Shown in pieces: positions 1 to 9,510 of a stretch of DNA of 64,000 nt (its first letter is position 1; each line of letters begins with the position of its first letter). The notes beneath the pieces were generated by a model. It saw only the letters and a program-made list of their open reading frames with translations, made no database searches and had not been told where the DNA came from. The DNA is taken from assembly GCA_002070905.1 (NCBI GenBank), contig MWEF01000002.1:9297-73296 (forward strand), written 5' to 3'. The translations under genes were made by a program, and so were the position numbers. Source of the stretch: Tenericutes bacterium ADurb.Bin087 (GTDB lineage: Bacteria; Bacillota_I; Bacilli_A; RFN20; CAG-826).

Positions 1-863
1 GCGCCTTTTACTTCGTCCTTTAAGGTAAAAGTTAACCCACTTGCAAGCGACACTGCTTCCACTAGTTCGGGTAACAAAACTACATCACCTACACTACTTT
101 CATACACGCCATAAGTAAAGCCTGGGTGCACACTAATCGCTAAGTTCGCGGGAATGGTCCACGGTGTTGTCGTCCAAATCATAAACTTAGTGCCAGCACG
201 TACTTTCTCATTCCCTTTTGTGACAGTAAATAACACATAAATTGAATCACTAACGACATCTTTATATTCAATTTCGGCTTCCGCAAGTGCTGTTTCACTA
301 CTTGGTGACCATTGCACTGGTTTAAGCCCGCGATAAATTAAGCCTTTCAAAGCCATCTTTTTAAAGACACGGAGTTCATCAGCCTCGTAATCCTTTGTCA
401 ATGTTAAATAGGCATTATCAAAGTCGCCGACTAACCCTAACCGTTTAAGTTGGCCTTTTTGAATTTCGACTTGGTTTAAGGCATATTCTTTACATAACTT
501 GCGGAATTCACTAACAGGCATCGCTTTGCGATTGACCCCACTTTTTGTCACTTGGTTTTCAATCGGGAGCCCGTGCGTATCCCAACCAAAGATAAACGGT
601 GTATCATAGCCTTGCATATTTTTCATCCGGACCACAAAGTCTTTTAAGTTACGGTTAAGCATATGTCCGCTATGGATGTTGCCGTTGGCGTATGGTGGTC
701 CGTCATGCAAAATAAACGGTTTTGATGTTTCATTTTTACGCACCATTAATTTATATAAATCAATTGCGTCCCAGCGCGCTAAAATCGCGGGTTCTTTCCG
801 CGTTAAATTACCACGCATTTCAAACTGCGTTTTTGGCATCAGCAGTGTATCTTTAAGTTCCAT
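1..863 (-). CDS. ileS: isoleucyl-tRNA synthetase, N-terminal part (gene continues beyond the window start)
   Basis: Manual minus-strand translation from the ATG at 863..861 gives MELKDTLLMPKTQFEMRGNL...PYANGNIHSGHMLN (HIGH motif)...WTTTPWTIPANLAI, a typical IleRS N-terminus. An RBS GAAAGGAAG lies upstream. The + strand ORF 676..894 is antisense noise. Confidence 0.85.
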   Translation of the reverse strand, partial: MELKDTLLMPKTQFEMRGNLTRKEPAILARWDAIDLYKLMVRKNETSKPFILHDGPPYANGNIHSGHMLNRNLKDFVVRMKNMQGYDTPFIFGWDTHGLPIENQVTKSGVNRKAMPVSEFRKLCKEYALNQVEIQKGQLKRLGLVGDFDNAYLTLTKDYEADELRVFKKMALKGLIYRGLKPVQWSPSSETALAEAEIEYKDVVSDSIYVLFTVTKGNEKVRAGTKFMIWTTTPWTIPANLAISVHPGFTYGVYESSVGDVVLLPELVEAVSLASGLTFTLKDEVKG

Positions 864-1110
864 AATCATCTTCCTTTCAATAAAAAAAGTCTAGTCACAG
901 GACGAATCGCTCCGTGGTACCACCTGTGTTCTAGACTAGGCTAGCACTTTATTCCTTGTAACGTAAGGTGCACACGATTGCCCTTACTTTCGTTCTGGGC
1001 AACACTCAGAAGTGATAATGTGTGTAGCTTCTTCTTAGGGCTTTCACCATCCCCCAAGTCGCTATGTAAGGTTATACACACATCGTGTCTTCGTCTGATT
1101 TCGCTACTAT
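864..1110 (-). ncRNA. T-box riboswitch leader of ileS
   Basis: The minus strand contains ...AACACAGGTGGTACCACGGAGCG (T-box consensus AAnnnGGGTGGnACCGCGG). It is followed by the terminator hairpin GTCTAGAACACAGG...CCTGTGACTAGAC plus TTTTTTTATT, immediately upstream of the ileS RBS. A candidate -10 (TTGTATAAT) lies at about 1106-1114 inside the ftsZ 3' end. Confidence 0.65.
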
Positions 1111-1135
1111 TATACAAGAAAGTATAATAATTTCC

Positions 1136-2227
1136 TTAATTTTCTTCTGACTCGAGTTCTTTTAAAATATTCGGTAAGAAATTATCATCGTCTTCCTCTT
1201 CTTCGCGATAAGGCCGACTATCTTTGGTCACTGGTTTAATAATCGGGGTATGAACACTGGTAAAGTCATATTGCTCTTCAAAGTCACTCGCAATGACACT
1301 GACGATAATTGAGTCTTCAAGTAATTCATTTAATGCGACCCCAAATTTCACATCAAGATTTGAGCCGCTTGTTTCGACAATTTCATTAACTGTTTCTTGG
1401 GCTTCAAATAGTGACACATTCGTGCCACATGTCACGGCAATAATGGCTTTCCGCGCCCCTTGCAAACTCGCTTCTAGAAGCGGGCTATTAATGGCTGTCT
1501 GCGCCGCATCACGCGCTTTATTCTTGCCTTTCCCCATCCCAAAGCCGATCAGGGCGATGCCACTATTAAGTAAGGTGTTACGGACATCGGCAAAATCAAG
1601 ATTAATAACAGCGGGTACTAAGATTAAGTCGACGACTGTCTTCACGCTTTGCGCTAAGACTTTATCACTTTCCCCAAACGCTTGGGCGATTGGGAGATTA
1701 CCACCAGTAATCAGCAGCTTATCATTACTAACAACAATAATTGAATCAACGATTTCTTTTAAAGCATTAAGGCCTTCAACACTATTGGCGATCCGCTTTT
1801 TACCTTCAAAGGTAAAGGGTCGTGTTACAATCGCAATTGTTAACGCCCCAGCGGCTTTAGCGATTTCGGCAATGATTGGCGAAGCACCAGTCCCTGTGCC
1901 GCCGCCCATCCCCGCAGCAATAAAGACAAGGTCAGCACCTTCAACGATTTTTTCAATTTCCGGCCGACTAGCTTCGGCAGCTTTACGGCCCACACTTGGT
2001 TCGCCACCCGCGCCTAAGCCATGCGTAAATTCTTCACCAAGCACTAAGCGATTTTTCGCTTTACTAGTGGCGAGTGCTTGTTTATCGGTATTAGCGACCC
2101 AAAATGACACACTATCGATTTGATCATCGATCATGCGGTTTACGGCGTTATTACCAGCGCCACCAACTCCAATAACTACTATGCGCGCTACTGGTTCAAA
2201 ATTGTCTAAATCATTTGTTCCAATCAT
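1136..2227 (-). CDS. ftsZ: cell division GTPase FtsZ
   Basis: 363-aa ORF with the GGGTGTG tubulin signature (FIAAGMGGGTGTGASPIIAE) and an acidic C-terminal linker plus conserved C-terminal peptide. Confidence 0.95.
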   Translation of the reverse strand: MIGTNDLDNFEPVARIVVIGVGGAGNNAVNRMIDDQIDSVSFWVANTDKQALATSKAKNRLVLGEEFTHGLGAGGEPSVGRKAAEASRPEIEKIVEGADLVFIAAGMGGGTGTGASPIIAEIAKAAGALTIAIVTRPFTFEGKKRIANSVEGLNALKEIVDSIIVVSNDKLLITGGNLPIAQAFGESDKVLAQSVKTVVDLILVPAVINLDFADVRNTLLNSGIALIGFGMGKGKNKARDAAQTAINSPLLEASLQGARKAIIAVTCGTNVSLFEAQETVNEIVETSGSNLDVKFGVALNELLEDSIIVSVIASDFEEQYDFTSVHTPIIKPVTKDSRPYREEEEDDDNFLPNILKELESEEN

Positions 2228-2229
2228 AC

Positions 2230-3414
2230 TTAACTCCTTGTTAGTGTCCCAATACTTGCTTTCTCGTCTCCGATATCTTGGGCATACTTACTATATGCTT
2301 TGATTAGTCCTAAATTAACAGCATATGTTAAGTCGCGTGCGCCAATCGTATCAAGTTTAACGATGTATTTATCAGGGAATGAACGATCACTCCCAATTAT
2401 TTCTTCGTAGTTATAAATCGTGCTCCCGCCACCGACAAACAGCAGCGGATATTTATTTAAATTCGGCATATTTTGACTTTTGCCAACAATTTTAATTTCA
2501 CTTAAGACCTTTTGTAAGTGGCTTGTTAGGAACGCTTGACACGTCGTATAAATATCACTTAAGAACACTTTAATTTCTTCACCGCGTTCACCAATGCCAG
2601 TCGCAAGGGGGAAATTAACACTCACATTGCGATGATCAAGGCCAAAATCTTTTTTAAGCCGATCGGCTTCTTTTAATTCAAGTCCAAATTTTTGCGCTAA
2701 GAGATATGTTAAGTCATCACTACCTTCATTAATGATCCGTGAAAAATATAAGTTATGATTAGACACAAACGTAATTGAAGTTTGTTTGGCGCCAAAGTCC
2801 ACTAAGAAATATGTATTTGTGGCCGATGCTGGACTATTAAGTAATTCCGTTAATGCATATTTATCGGGATAAACTTTACGAACTTTTAATCCCGCTTTTT
2901 GCACCGTTTCAATATAGGAATTATAAATCCAAATTGGTAATACATGTAAGAAAGCTTCAACTGTCAGTGTATTACTTACTTCCCCTAATGGGAGTAAACG
3001 ATACACTTGTTCGCTTTCCGTCTTAAATACTTGCGGTAAAATCGCCACAATTACTTTATTTGGGTCAACACGATTCTTGCGGAAAAGGGCCATAATATTC
3101 TTAATATCAATCCGGTCAATCTTACTTGAAAGCGTGTTTGTCGTTTGTGTGCCTCTAAATACTTCAAAGTCAATCGTCGGTAATGCTAAAACGACTTCAC
3201 TAATCGCTTCGCCTAAAGTATCACGCACATCAGCGGTTAACACTTTAATCGCATTAATTACTTGATCAGGGGCAATAATTTCGCCGGCGCTGACAGCTTG
3301 TGAAAGCGCTACTTTATTTGCGTAAAGTACATATGGGCTGCCTTCAAGTTCATAGCCGACAACGAGTTTAACGGCACTGGCACTAATTTCTAACGTACTA
3401 ATTTTAATATCCAT
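2230..3414 (-). CDS. ftsA: cell division protein FtsA (actin-like ATPase)
   Basis: 394-aa ORF immediately upstream of ftsZ, 2-nt spacing. N-terminus ISTLEISASAVKLVVGY is typical of FtsA/actin-fold ATPases. Confidence 0.85.
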   Translation of the reverse strand: MDIKISTLEISASAVKLVVGYELEGSPYVLYANKVALSQAVSAGEIIAPDQVINAIKVLTADVRDTLGEAISEVVLALPTIDFEVFRGTQTTNTLSSKIDRIDIKNIMALFRKNRVDPNKVIVAILPQVFKTESEQVYRLLPLGEVSNTLTVEAFLHVLPIWIYNSYIETVQKAGLKVRKVYPDKYALTELLNSPASATNTYFLVDFGAKQTSITFVSNHNLYFSRIINEGSDDLTYLLAQKFGLELKEADRLKKDFGLDHRNVSVNFPLATGIGERGEEIKVFLSDIYTTCQAFLTSHLQKVLSEIKIVGKSQNMPNLNKYPLLFVGGGSTIYNYEEIIGSDRSFPDKYIVKLDTIGARDLTYAVNLGLIKAYSKYAQDIGDEKASIGTLTRS

Positions 3415-3504
3415 ACTTCTCCAATAATGTAATTATTTTACAATAATTAATGAATAATAACAATTGCAACTCATAATTATTTCAATAATTATCACAAATT
3501 TACG

Positions 3505-3552
3505 AAAAAAGCCTTAGTGAGAGAGGAAAAGGGGAAGAAATCACTAAGGCTT
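3505..3552 (-). terminator. rho-independent terminator after the mraZ-rsmH-small ORF unit
   Basis: Minus strand reads GCCTTAGTGA-(20 nt loop)-TCACTAAGGC followed by UUUUUU (plus-strand A-run 3505-3510). The 10-bp perfect stem lies at 3511-3520 and 3541-3550. Confidence 0.6.
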
Positions 3553-3569
3553 TAAAGAAAGGAAAAACA

Positions 3570-3788
3570 CTAATTTGTTACATCTTCGACGCTCACAGGA
3601 GTTTCAACATTAGCCGCTTCTTCAGCTTGAGCGCGACGCGCTTGGGCTTCGTTGATGGCTTTAGCCACATATGGATAAGGAATGGTTAAAGCCGCTGCTC
3701 CGCCAGCAATAAGTAAGATGCCGATAAGAAAGGCACGAAAGCGATAGTATCCGACCTTTTTGTTCGTTTTATAGAGTTTGTCACGCAT
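3570..3788 (-). CDS. small single-pass membrane protein in the FtsL position between rsmH and ftsA
   Basis: The likely start MRDKLYK is internal to the 85-aa track ORF and overlaps the rsmH stop. A single TM helix (FLIGILLIAGGAAALTI) is followed by a short Ala/Gln-rich tail. The FtsL call rests on position only. Confidence 0.4.
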   Translation of the reverse strand: MRDKLYKTNKKVGYYRFRAFLIGILLIAGGAAALTIPYPYVAKAINEAQARRAQAEEAANVETPVSVEDVTN

Positions 3789-4731
3789 ACTTAGTCCTCC
3801 TTTTTTCGATAATACGCAGTTTCGCACTACTAGCGCGTGGATTGAGTTCTATTTCATCATCACTTGCGACGATGACCTTCCGATTGACAAGGGTGAAGGG
3901 TGCGACTTTATTTTTATCCGGTAACGAATAAGGGTGCCGAGCTTCATCACTTAATGATGCCAATCGTTTAAACGTATTTTTGACTAAGCGGTCTTCGAGA
4001 CTATGGAAGCTAATGACCGCGAGTCTGCCACCTTCATTAAGGAAGTGTGGCGCTCTTGCTAATACTTCACTTAACACTCCTAATTCATTGTTGACTTCAA
4101 TGCGAAGTGCTTGGAAGATCGTTTTAGCGGGGTGGCCTTTCTTACGCAATTCTTTGCTTGGTAAGGCTCTTTTTATAATTTCGACTAACTCGAGCGTTGT
4201 TGCAATTGGTTTTGCTTTGCGGGCGTCTATTATTTCGCGAGCAATGCGGGCACTATAGCGGCTTTCAGCGTAATTGTAGAATATTTCTTTAAGGCGCGCT
4301 TCAGTGTAGGTATTAACGATAATCGCCGCTGTTAAGTTATTGTTCGTGCGGTCCATCCGCATATCAAGTGGACCATCATAACGGTAACTGAAGCCACGTT
4401 CACTGACATCAAATTGCGGACTACTAACACCTAAGTCGAGCAAGATAATGTCCGCGCCCTTAACTCCTAAGGCATTAAGAGCGAGATCAAAGTCTTTGAA
4501 GTTTTGATGGAACAGTGTGAAGTTTTGGAATGTTTTACTTAGCACTTCCCGCGACTCTTTAATCGCTGTTTCATCTTGGTCAAATCCGTAGAGATAACCT
4601 TTGCGTGCTTTAAGGAGCAAGGCACTACTATGACCAGCGCGCCCTAAGGTAAGATCGACAATTACACTATCATCCTGAACATTTAAGCCATTTATTACTT
4701 CGCTAAGTAAGACGGGATAATGTGTACTCAT
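3781..4731 (-). CDS. rsmH: 16S rRNA (cytosine1402-N4)-methyltransferase RsmH (MraW)
   Basis: 316 aa, MSTHYPVLLSEV...DLTLGRAGHS...LAVISFHSLEDRLVK, a typical MraW. It overlaps the mraZ stop by 1 nt. Confidence 0.9.
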   Translation of the reverse strand: MSTHYPVLLSEVINGLNVQDDSVIVDLTLGRAGHSSALLLKARKGYLYGFDQDETAIKESREVLSKTFQNFTLFHQNFKDFDLALNALGVKGADIILLDLGVSSPQFDVSERGFSYRYDGPLDMRMDRTNNNLTAAIIVNTYTEARLKEIFYNYAESRYSARIAREIIDARKAKPIATTLELVEIIKRALPSKELRKKGHPAKTIFQALRIEVNNELGVLSEVLARAPHFLNEGGRLAVISFHSLEDRLVKNTFKRLASLSDEARHPYSLPDKNKVAPFTLVNRKVIVASDDEIELNPRASSAKLRIIEKRRTKYA

Positions 4732-5168
4732 TAGTCTTTTACCTGTAACTTGGCGGCGAGGTCTTCTAAGTTATCACGCGCACTTGCTTCATAACTTAAG
4801 TAGCGGTCTTCATCCCAAATTTCGAGATGATCACCAACCCCAATCACAATTACTTTCGGCCCGATATCGTATTTCTTTTGAATCCGGACCGGAATTGTGA
4901 TGCGCCCTGCGGCATCAACTTCTAACTCTTCAATACTAGCGTATATTATGCGGACATACGCTCGTGCTTCAGCGTTTTTGAAGTTTTGCGTTTCAAGGAA
5001 AGAAAGTTCGCGGTAATATGCTTCTTCAGGATAGACACTAATCGCTCCTTCAAAGCCTTGGAGGATATAAAGTGTCTTTAGATCTTTGAGTGTTTCACGA
5101 AAACGTGCAGGTACGACAAGGCGTCCCTTTGCGTCTAAGCTGTGATAATAAGTCCCAAAAAACTTCAT
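4731..5168 (-). CDS. mraZ: transcriptional regulator MraZ
   Basis: MKFFGTYYHSLDAKGRLVVPARFR is a typical MraZ N-terminus. The start was chosen at MKFF with RBS GGGAG; the track ORF extends 13 codons further upstream. Confidence 0.85.
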   Translation of the reverse strand: MKFFGTYYHSLDAKGRLVVPARFRETLKDLKTLYILQGFEGAISVYPEEAYYRELSFLETQNFKNAEARAYVRIIYASIEELEVDAAGRITIPVRIQKKYDIGPKVIVIGVGDHLEIWDEDRYLSYEASARDNLEDLAAKLQVKD

Positions 5169-5297
5169 CTCCCACTTTCTCCCACTTTCTTTGACTACAT
5201 TATACATAAACGTGTTGCGGTTGTAAACAAAAAAAACGCAAAAAAAGAAAAAAGAAGAGTCACCCCTTCTTTTATGCTCATTCTATGAGAATATTAA

Positions 5298-5804
5298 TTA
5301 GTCATCTAAATCTAACTTATCAAAGAGATCACCAAATTCATCATCAAGTGTTTGATGTTTTGACTCATATTCCTCTTCAGTTAGGATTTCATAACCCTCA
5401 CCACTTTTGGGTAAATGAGCGCCTGGTTTAATCACTTTAAGCGGAATATAACTTAAGACAATCGCATATAAATATGGATCAAGAAAAATTTCTGGTCCTG
5501 GTTCATAAAAGCAATCATCACTTTCGGCTTCAATATTTGGATTAACAAAGTTAAAGGTTAGTTCATCATCAATCTCAATCTCATAATCAAAGTGTTCTAA
5601 AGTATATGCACATTCTAAAACAAGCGTTGCTTTCCCTTGAACATGCACCTCAACGACATCGGTAAATGTATCAAATTCAACAGTAACCATAAATGGTTTA
5701 ATCGCCTTTAATGAATAATTAGCGTGTAAATCAACAGCGCTTAAATCGACAACACTACTTACTGTTTGATGGAGTTTAATCCCGTCTGCTATTTTTATTT
5801 TCAT
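5298..5804 (-). CDS. DUF177 (YceD/YlbN-like) family protein
   Basis: 168-aa acidic protein with DUF177-like topology (…ATLVLECAYTLEHFDYEIEID…IFLDPYLYAIVLSYIPLKV…), recalled from memory of B. subtilis YlbN. It lacks the C-terminal Cys cluster. The stop overlaps the pheT start. Confidence 0.5.
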   Translation of the reverse strand: MKIKIADGIKLHQTVSSVVDLSAVDLHANYSLKAIKPFMVTVEFDTFTDVVEVHVQGKATLVLECAYTLEHFDYEIEIDDELTFNFVNPNIEAESDDCFYEPGPEIFLDPYLYAIVLSYIPLKVIKPGAHLPKSGEGYEILTEEEYESKHQTLDDEFGDLFDKLDLDD

Positions 5805-8185
5805 ATACCACGTACCACTACTTGTAATTTTTTCATTAATTCATCAACGACTTTATTCATCACGTCTTTAATTTCTTCTTCGACTAATGTCTTATTCGTA
5901 TCGCTTAATGTCAGGCTAAGCGCGACTGACTTTTTCCCTGGTTCATCTTTTAGCTTTGTGTAAACATCAAACACACTGACGTCACTTACTAACTTGCCAC
6001 CAGCTTTACGAATGACATTGATAATGTCTTTTACCGGTACATCTTCGTCAATAATGAGCGCGAGATCACGCTTAACAAACGGGAAGCGCGCAGGTGCATT
6101 AACTTTCGTTAAACTTGTCTTTAAGTTGAGCAAGGCACTTAAATTAATTTCACCAACAACAGCCTCACTACCTAAGAGTGCTTTTTCTTTTGCTAAAGGA
6201 TGGAGTTTACCAAATATCCCCACGACTTTACCTTGCACCTTTAAGAGCGCACTTTGTGCGGGATGAAATTCATCATTTTGGTGTGGATTTATCACAAATT
6301 CATAACGTGATTCATTAATGCCTAAATAATCTAAAATACTAACAACTACCCCTTTTGCATCATAAAAATCATACGTCCGCTTCCCTAATTCACCTTGGCT
6401 TAATTTGTTGCCATAAAAGGCAAACGCTAAATGTTCACCTTTATAATTCGTTGAAGTTATATTACTAATTTCAAAGATTGCAAAATCAGTTTGTTGCCGA
6501 CTAGCGTTATAAGTAAGCGTTTCAATAACACTTGGTAAGAGGTTAAGCCTTAACTCTGCTCTCACTGGTGTCATTGGGTGCTGCAGTTTTAAAGGTTCAT
6601 CATTATTTAAATACGTAAATGTTTGATTTTTGTCAGCATCTGTCAGAGTATACGTTAAAACTTCGTAGAGCCCATTCTCGCGCAATAACTTGCGGATATC
6701 ATAACGTTTAGCTTGAATATCATCATAACTTCCAACACACGTAAATAACCCTGGAATTTCATTACCAACATGGTCAAAACCTTGTAAACGAATGATTTCT
6801 TCGGCTAAATCGGCAAGACTAAAGAAATCTTGACGATAAAGTGGGAGATTAACACTTTTATCCGCGTTAACCGTAATATTTAAACGATTTAAAGTACTAA
6901 GCATTACTTCTTCACTAAAGGTAGTGCCCAGTAATTTGTTAATTTTATCAGCGGCAAAATAAATTCGTGGTTGTGCGGGTATATTCTTTTCGACAGTCAC
7001 TGTATTACTAAATTTAGCGTTAGGCACTAAGTCAAAAATAAGCGAGAGCGCTAAATTCATTGCTTCTTCCGTATTATAGAGGTTGACCCCTTTACCAAAG
7101 CGTCCACTAGCTTCGCTTGGTAGATTATGGCGGACAACACTCATCCGAATATGCGCGGTATCAAAGGCGGCGACTTCAATGGCGATGCGCTTCGTCTTTT
7201 CACTAACCGCGCTACTGCGCGCACCATTAATCCCCCCTAAACATAATACCTTGTCAGCATCATGAATAATTTGATCACCAGGCACAATGTGATATTCTTT
7301 ATCATCAAGCGCGATAAAAGTTGTTGTAACATCACTACTTACCACAAAGTGTTCATCTTTAACTTTGTCTAAATCATACATATGTAATGGTCTACCCGTA
7401 ACGAGCATCACGTAGTTGCCAATATCTACGATATTATTCACTGGACGATGGCCATGTTTGCGTAAAAATGTCGCTAACCAATCGGGGGAAGGCGCAATCG
7501 TAATATTACGTACTTCCGTTAAGGCAAAGATAGGCACTAACGGAGTCTTAACTTCGAGTTTAAGCTTTGTGGTAAACGACGGTTTAACTTCAATTTCGGG
7601 AATATTGTAATGAAGGTCAAAAATTGCTCCAAGTTCACGCACAATGTTATAAAGCGCTAGCATATCACTACGATTAGCGAGCGGCCTTATATCAAAAATA
7701 GTATCGTCTAATCCTAAATAATTTAAGACATCAGTATTCCCCACAGGCGCGTCATTATTTAACACATGAATTCCTTCAATATCTGCTTGACTTTGTAATT
7801 CATGCGGGACACCTAGTTCACTTAGCGAACAAATCATTCCTTCGCTTTGATAGCCTTTAATCGTGACACTTTTAATGTCCCCGGCTGGCAATTTTGCCCC
7901 ATCAAGCGCAACGATCACTTTTTGGCCACTAGCGACGTTTGGGGCACCACAAATAATGTTGCGTTTTCCTAATTTACCAACATCAACTTGACAAAAAGAA
8001 AGATGATCACTACCTTCGACTTTTGTACTTTTAATCACATGACCAATCACTAAATTTGTCCCACTCGCGAGTTTGTAATAGTCTTCGGTTTCAATCCCAG
8101 CAAATGTAAGTCTCTTGGCGATTTCTTCATCGCTAATATTACGTAAATCAATATATCGTTCTAATGCATTTCGTGATACTTTCAT
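5801..8185 (-). CDS. pheT: phenylalanyl-tRNA synthetase beta subunit
   Basis: 794 aa, with an N-terminal tRNA-binding domain, B3/B4, B5 and a C-terminal FDX-ACB domain. It lies immediately downstream of pheS. Confidence 0.95.
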   Translation of the reverse strand: MKVSRNALERYIDLRNISDEEIAKRLTFAGIETEDYYKLASGTNLVIGHVIKSTKVEGSDHLSFCQVDVGKLGKRNIICGAPNVASGQKVIVALDGAKLPAGDIKSVTIKGYQSEGMICSLSELGVPHELQSQADIEGIHVLNNDAPVGNTDVLNYLGLDDTIFDIRPLANRSDMLALYNIVRELGAIFDLHYNIPEIEVKPSFTTKLKLEVKTPLVPIFALTEVRNITIAPSPDWLATFLRKHGHRPVNNIVDIGNYVMLVTGRPLHMYDLDKVKDEHFVVSSDVTTTFIALDDKEYHIVPGDQIIHDADKVLCLGGINGARSSAVSEKTKRIAIEVAAFDTAHIRMSVVRHNLPSEASGRFGKGVNLYNTEEAMNLALSLIFDLVPNAKFSNTVTVEKNIPAQPRIYFAADKINKLLGTTFSEEVMLSTLNRLNITVNADKSVNLPLYRQDFFSLADLAEEIIRLQGFDHVGNEIPGLFTCVGSYDDIQAKRYDIRKLLRENGLYEVLTYTLTDADKNQTFTYLNNDEPLKLQHPMTPVRAELRLNLLPSVIETLTYNASRQQTDFAIFEISNITSTNYKGEHLAFAFYGNKLSQGELGKRTYDFYDAKGVVVSILDYLGINESRYEFVINPHQNDEFHPAQSALLKVQGKVVGIFGKLHPLAKEKALLGSEAVVGEINLSALLNLKTSLTKVNAPARFPFVKRDLALIIDEDVPVKDIINVIRKAGGKLVSDVSVFDVYTKLKDEPGKKSVALSLTLSDTNKTLVEEEIKDVMNKVVDELMKKLQVVVRGI

Positions 8186-8194
8186 AATTACTCC

Positions 8195-9226
8195 CTACCT
8201 TTTTGGAAATTCTTTTAAGAACCGGATATCGTTTTGATAGAAACGGCGAATATCATCAATCCCGTAACGTAACATTGCCACGCGTTCAATCCCAACGCCA
8301 AAGGCAAACCCCGTAAACTTATCCGCGTCAAAGCCATTCATTGTTAATACATTGGGATTGACCATCCCCGCGCCTAAAATTTCAATCCAGCCGCTGCCTT
8401 TACAAGTCGGGCATCCCTTACCGTTGCACACGTGACAAGAAACATCAACTTCAACACTAGGTTCCGTGAACGGAAAATAACTTGAACGTAAACGAATTTC
8501 CCGTTTTGGACCAAACATTTTCTTCGCAAATAAATCAAGTGTGGCTTTTAAGTGGCTAAAGGAAATCCCTTCACCAATGACTAAGCCTTCAACTTGACCA
8601 AATTGATGGGAATGCGTATTATCGTCATCGTCTCTGCGGAACACTTTGCCGGGACTAATCATCTTGAGTGGTTCATTTTTCTTACTTTGCATCACTCGTG
8701 CTTGGACTGGCGAAGTATGCGTTCTAAGCAGTAACTTTTCATTAATGTAAAACGTGTCTTGCATATCACGCGCTGGGTGATTTTCGGGCATATTTAACAG
8801 CGTAAAATTAAACATATCTTCTTCAACTTCGTCCCCCTCCGCAATCATGTAACCCATTCCAATAAAAACATCACAAATTTCATCTTTCACTAAGTGAAAT
8901 GGGTGCTGTGGCGCAACTTCAAAGTTACGGCCAGGGAGCGTAAGATCAAGCTTCTCACTGGCAAGCCTTGCCCTTAACTCACTACTGCGTGTTTTTTCTA
9001 AAGCCACCCCTAAATTTTCTTCTAAAAATAGTTTTAGATTATTAACCGCTTGTCCATAATCTTTGCGCGTGCTTGGTTCTAATTCACGAATTTTACCCAT
9101 CAGCGCGGCAATTAAACCGCTTTTTGCAAAATATTCATTGCGGACATCATTTAATTCTTTCACACTTTGAGCATTATTAATCTTTACTAATGCATCTTGC
9201 TTTATGTTTTCAAACTTCTTATCCAT
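8195..9226 (-). CDS. pheS: phenylalanyl-tRNA synthetase alpha subunit
   Basis: Class II aaRS motifs (FRRDDDDNTHSHQFGQVEGLV, GAGMVNPNVL). The start is assigned at MDKKF, with RBS AAAGGAGAAACGCTT-ATG. Confidence 0.9.
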   Translation of the reverse strand: MDKKFENIKQDALVKINNAQSVKELNDVRNEYFAKSGLIAALMGKIRELEPSTRKDYGQAVNNLKLFLEENLGVALEKTRSSELRARLASEKLDLTLPGRNFEVAPQHPFHLVKDEICDVFIGMGYMIAEGDEVEEDMFNFTLLNMPENHPARDMQDTFYINEKLLLRTHTSPVQARVMQSKKNEPLKMISPGKVFRRDDDDNTHSHQFGQVEGLVIGEGISFSHLKATLDLFAKKMFGPKREIRLRSSYFPFTEPSVEVDVSCHVCNGKGCPTCKGSGWIEILGAGMVNPNVLTMNGFDADKFTGFAFGVGIERVAMLRYGIDDIRRFYQNDIRFLKEFPKR

Positions 9227-9445
9227 AAGCGTTTCTCCTTTTATAAAATAAAAAAGCGTTCCCATAGGAACGACTTTCGTCGTGGTACCATCCTAATTTG
9301 CCACTCTTAGTTTTAACTTTAACGCTAGTTAACGGGTCATCAACCGGCTCCAAGGTGAATTCATGTCGCTTCTTTGTCGGTGCTTCCACCATCCCACCGT
9401 CGCTAGCCAAAGATGATTAAGACATTACTACTTCTCTTCAACGCC
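9227..9445 (-). ncRNA. T-box riboswitch leader of pheST
   Basis: Minus strand has GGATGGTACCACGACG followed by the hairpin GCGTTCCCATAGGAACG..TTTTTTATTTT. An upstream -10 TATAAT (GATGTATAATATG) lies at about 9440-9452. The track ORF 9219..9410 sits inside this leader. Confidence 0.6.
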
Positions 9446-9510
9446 GAGCATATTATACATCAATATAATATAAATTGGTAAAATTATGACTATGGGACGA
9501 ATGGTTATAC

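Noticed and set aside
676-894. 72-aa + strand ORF at the window start
   Set aside because: It lies antisense to the clearly coding ileS N-terminus (minus strand, HIGH motif) and to the ileS RBS. There is no RBS and no recognisable motif.
1293-2123. 276-aa + strand ORF
   Set aside because: It is entirely antisense to ftsZ, and its Ala/Ser/Pro-rich low-complexity translation is typical of a GC-skewed antisense frame.
9219-9410. 63-aa minus-strand ORF upstream of pheS
   Set aside because: It lies inside the pheS T-box leader and spans the T-box and terminator. It is a structured RNA, not coding.
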